Positions 62,770 through 64,000 of a DNA stretch of 64,000 bases are shown piece by piece. The position numbers and the translations under genes are program-made. Source of the stretch: an uncultured Actinomycetota bacterium (GTDB lineage Bacteria; Actinomycetota; Actinomycetes; Actinomycetales; Dermatophilaceae). The notes under the pieces are model-generated. The model made no database searches and was not told the DNA's origin. It saw only the letters and a program-made list of their open reading frames with translations. Position 1 is the stretch's first letter. Each line of letters starts with the position of its first letter. The DNA lies in the NCBI GenBank assembly GCA_963828995.1, contig CAWHHB010000005.1, positions 249,338-313,337 of the forward strand. The letters run 5' to 3'.

Positions 62770-63200
62770 GGACGACGAGCCGCGCGCGGCCGTCGTTCAG
62801 CGCCAGCACCCGGTCTGCCGCCGCCACTGCCGCGTCGTCATGGGTCACGCACCACGGCGACGCCGTGCTGCCGGCGTGGTGGCGGAGCTCGGCGCCCAGG
62901 GCCAGGAGCAGGCGCCGTCGTTCGCCGCCGGAGACGGTGAAGGCCTCGATGCGGGTCGAGAGCCCCTCGTGCAGCCCCTGCAGCCACCTCTCGAGGCCGA
63001 CGTGGACGTCTCGTAGGGCGACACCTCCCGGCCCGCCCAGCCGCAGCGCAGGCGACGTGCCCTGAGCCCCGGGCGCGAGGTGGTGGTTGGCGGCCCCCGG
63101 AGGTCGGATGGCGCCGTGACCCGCGCACCGGGGCCGGTGGCGACGAGCGCCGGTGGTTCCGGGGGTGACAGCGCGCGGAGCCTGCAGCAGCGGTCACAGG
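62770..63200 (-). pseudogene. Decayed remnant of an ABC exporter ATP-binding domain (CydC/CydD-like)
   Basis: Minus-strand fragments: ALVATGPGA.. (degenerate Walker A region), then ..GLERWLQGLHEGLSTRIEAFTVSGGERRRLLLALALG (signature region), then ..VTHDDAAVAAADRVLALNDGRA (C-terminal end). The Walker B segment is missing and the whole TM domain is absent. The remnant lies between tRNA-Pro and the DUF222-HNH gene. Confidence 0.4.
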
Positions 63201-63213
63201 CGCTCAGGCGCCC

Positions 63214-64000
63214 TCAGGCGGCGAGGGTGTCGTGGTGGTTGACCGGGTGGGTGAGGAACTGCTGGCCGAACGGGTCGGTCCAGGTGCACACCCCGCCGGC
63301 GTCCATCACCACCTGCCACCTGGTGGTGTGCTTCATCCGGTGATGCCGCCGGCACAACGTCAGCAGGTTCGACCCGACGGTGCGGCCCAGCGGCCAGGGG
63401 ATGACGTGGTCCAGGTCGCAGAACCGGGCCGCCCGCGCGCAGCCCGGGGCCCGGCAGGTCCCGTCCCGGTGGGTGACGAACCGGCGCACCGCCGGCGAGG
63501 GGGTGTACCCGGCGGCGCCGGTCTCCACCGTGGTCCCCGAGGCCGGGTCGAGCAGCACCCGGCGGATCCGGGTGTCGAACCGCTCACAGATCCCGGCCAC
63601 CACGTCCCCGGGGATGACCCCGACGCCGGGGATCTGATAGCCCATCGCGCAGACCTGCTGCCAGGACGGGCCGACCACCACCCCCTCCTCGTCCAGCACC
63701 GGCCGGTCGACCGGGGCGTCCACGGTCAGCGTCTCCACCGGCATCGTCAGGTGCACCGTGGTGCTCACCTCGACCCGGGCCAGGACCAGGTCCACCAGCG
63801 CGTCGGCCCGGGCCTGGTCCGCGGACAGGTCCGGGTCCTCGGCCCGCAGCGCGCAGGCGTGGTCCTCCACCGCCGCCTTGCACAGCGCCGACTCGTGCGC
63901 CGGCAGCACCGCCACCCACTCACTCAGCCCCACCACGTGGGAGGGGTACACCCGCACCGACCGCTCCAGCCGGGCCTTGGCCGCCCGGACCCGGACCGCG
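63214..64000 (-). CDS. DUF222 domain / HNH endonuclease (REP13E12-like), 5' end beyond the window
   Basis: ORF 63214..63957 stays open upstream to the window edge. HNH region: RFVTHRDGTCRAPGCARAARFCDLDHVIPWPLGRTVGSNLLTLCRRHHRMKHTTRW. It is a diverged paralogue of 13524..14962. Confidence 0.75.
   Translation of the reverse strand, partial: AVRVRAAKARLERSVRVYPSHVVGLSEWVAVLPAHESALCKAAVEDHACALRAEDPDLSADQARADALVDLVLARVEVSTTVHLTMPVETLTVDAPVDRPVLDEEGVVVGPSWQQVCAMGYQIPGVGVIPGDVVAGICERFDTRIRRVLLDPASGTTVETGAAGYTPSPAVRRFVTHRDGTCRAPGCARAARFCDLDHVIPWPLGRTVGSNLLTLCRRHHRMKHTTRWQVVMDAGGVCTWTDPFGQQFLTHPVNHHDTLAA

Overview
Very GC-rich actinobacterial chromosome segment; no taxon can be assigned without a search. 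From about 26.5 kb onward the window is conserved housekeeping: thrS, HIT, EF-G-like, pgsA-htrB-pimA, pdxS/kynU/pdxT, yebC, ruvCAB, yajC-secDF, apt, relA, ppiase, hisS, ald, xerD, parA, scpAB, rluB, aroH, tyrA, cmk, der. The left ~11 kb is accessory and is the most interesting part. It holds a minus-strand operon: sbnA, then a PCP-PCP protein ending in an epsilon-poly-lysine-synthetase (Pls)-type membrane polymerase region with no adenylation domain, then a single-module NRPS (C-like/A/PCP/TE), then a TauD-family oxygenase, then sbnB. A convergent Sfp-type PPTase sits beside it. The operon looks like a split Pls-type pathway fed by L-2,3-diaminopropionate, and I cannot match it to a characterised cluster. 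Between 11 and 26 kb lie smaller accessory genes: a membrane protein, DinB, a DUF222-HNH (REP13E12-like) element, a 2H phosphoesterase, a tandem USP, a class V aminotransferase, an Fe3+ ABC transporter with an IdeR-like box, pabB/pabC, GNAT and others. Two tRNAs, Val-CAC and Pro-GGG, are each followed by truncated gene remnants, and a second DUF222-HNH copy runs off the right edge. Major caveat: many genes, including housekeeping ones (secD, secF, relA, hisS, ruvA, pdxS, apt, ald, xerD, scpA/B), are interrupted by +/-1 frameshifts. Conserved protein sequence simply continues in another frame and I saw no in-frame stops, so I read these as consensus indel errors rather than real pseudogenes. 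For those genes the coordinates give the reconstructed full span, and internal frame-break positions are approximate. No CRISPR array, rRNA, transposase or integrase was seen.
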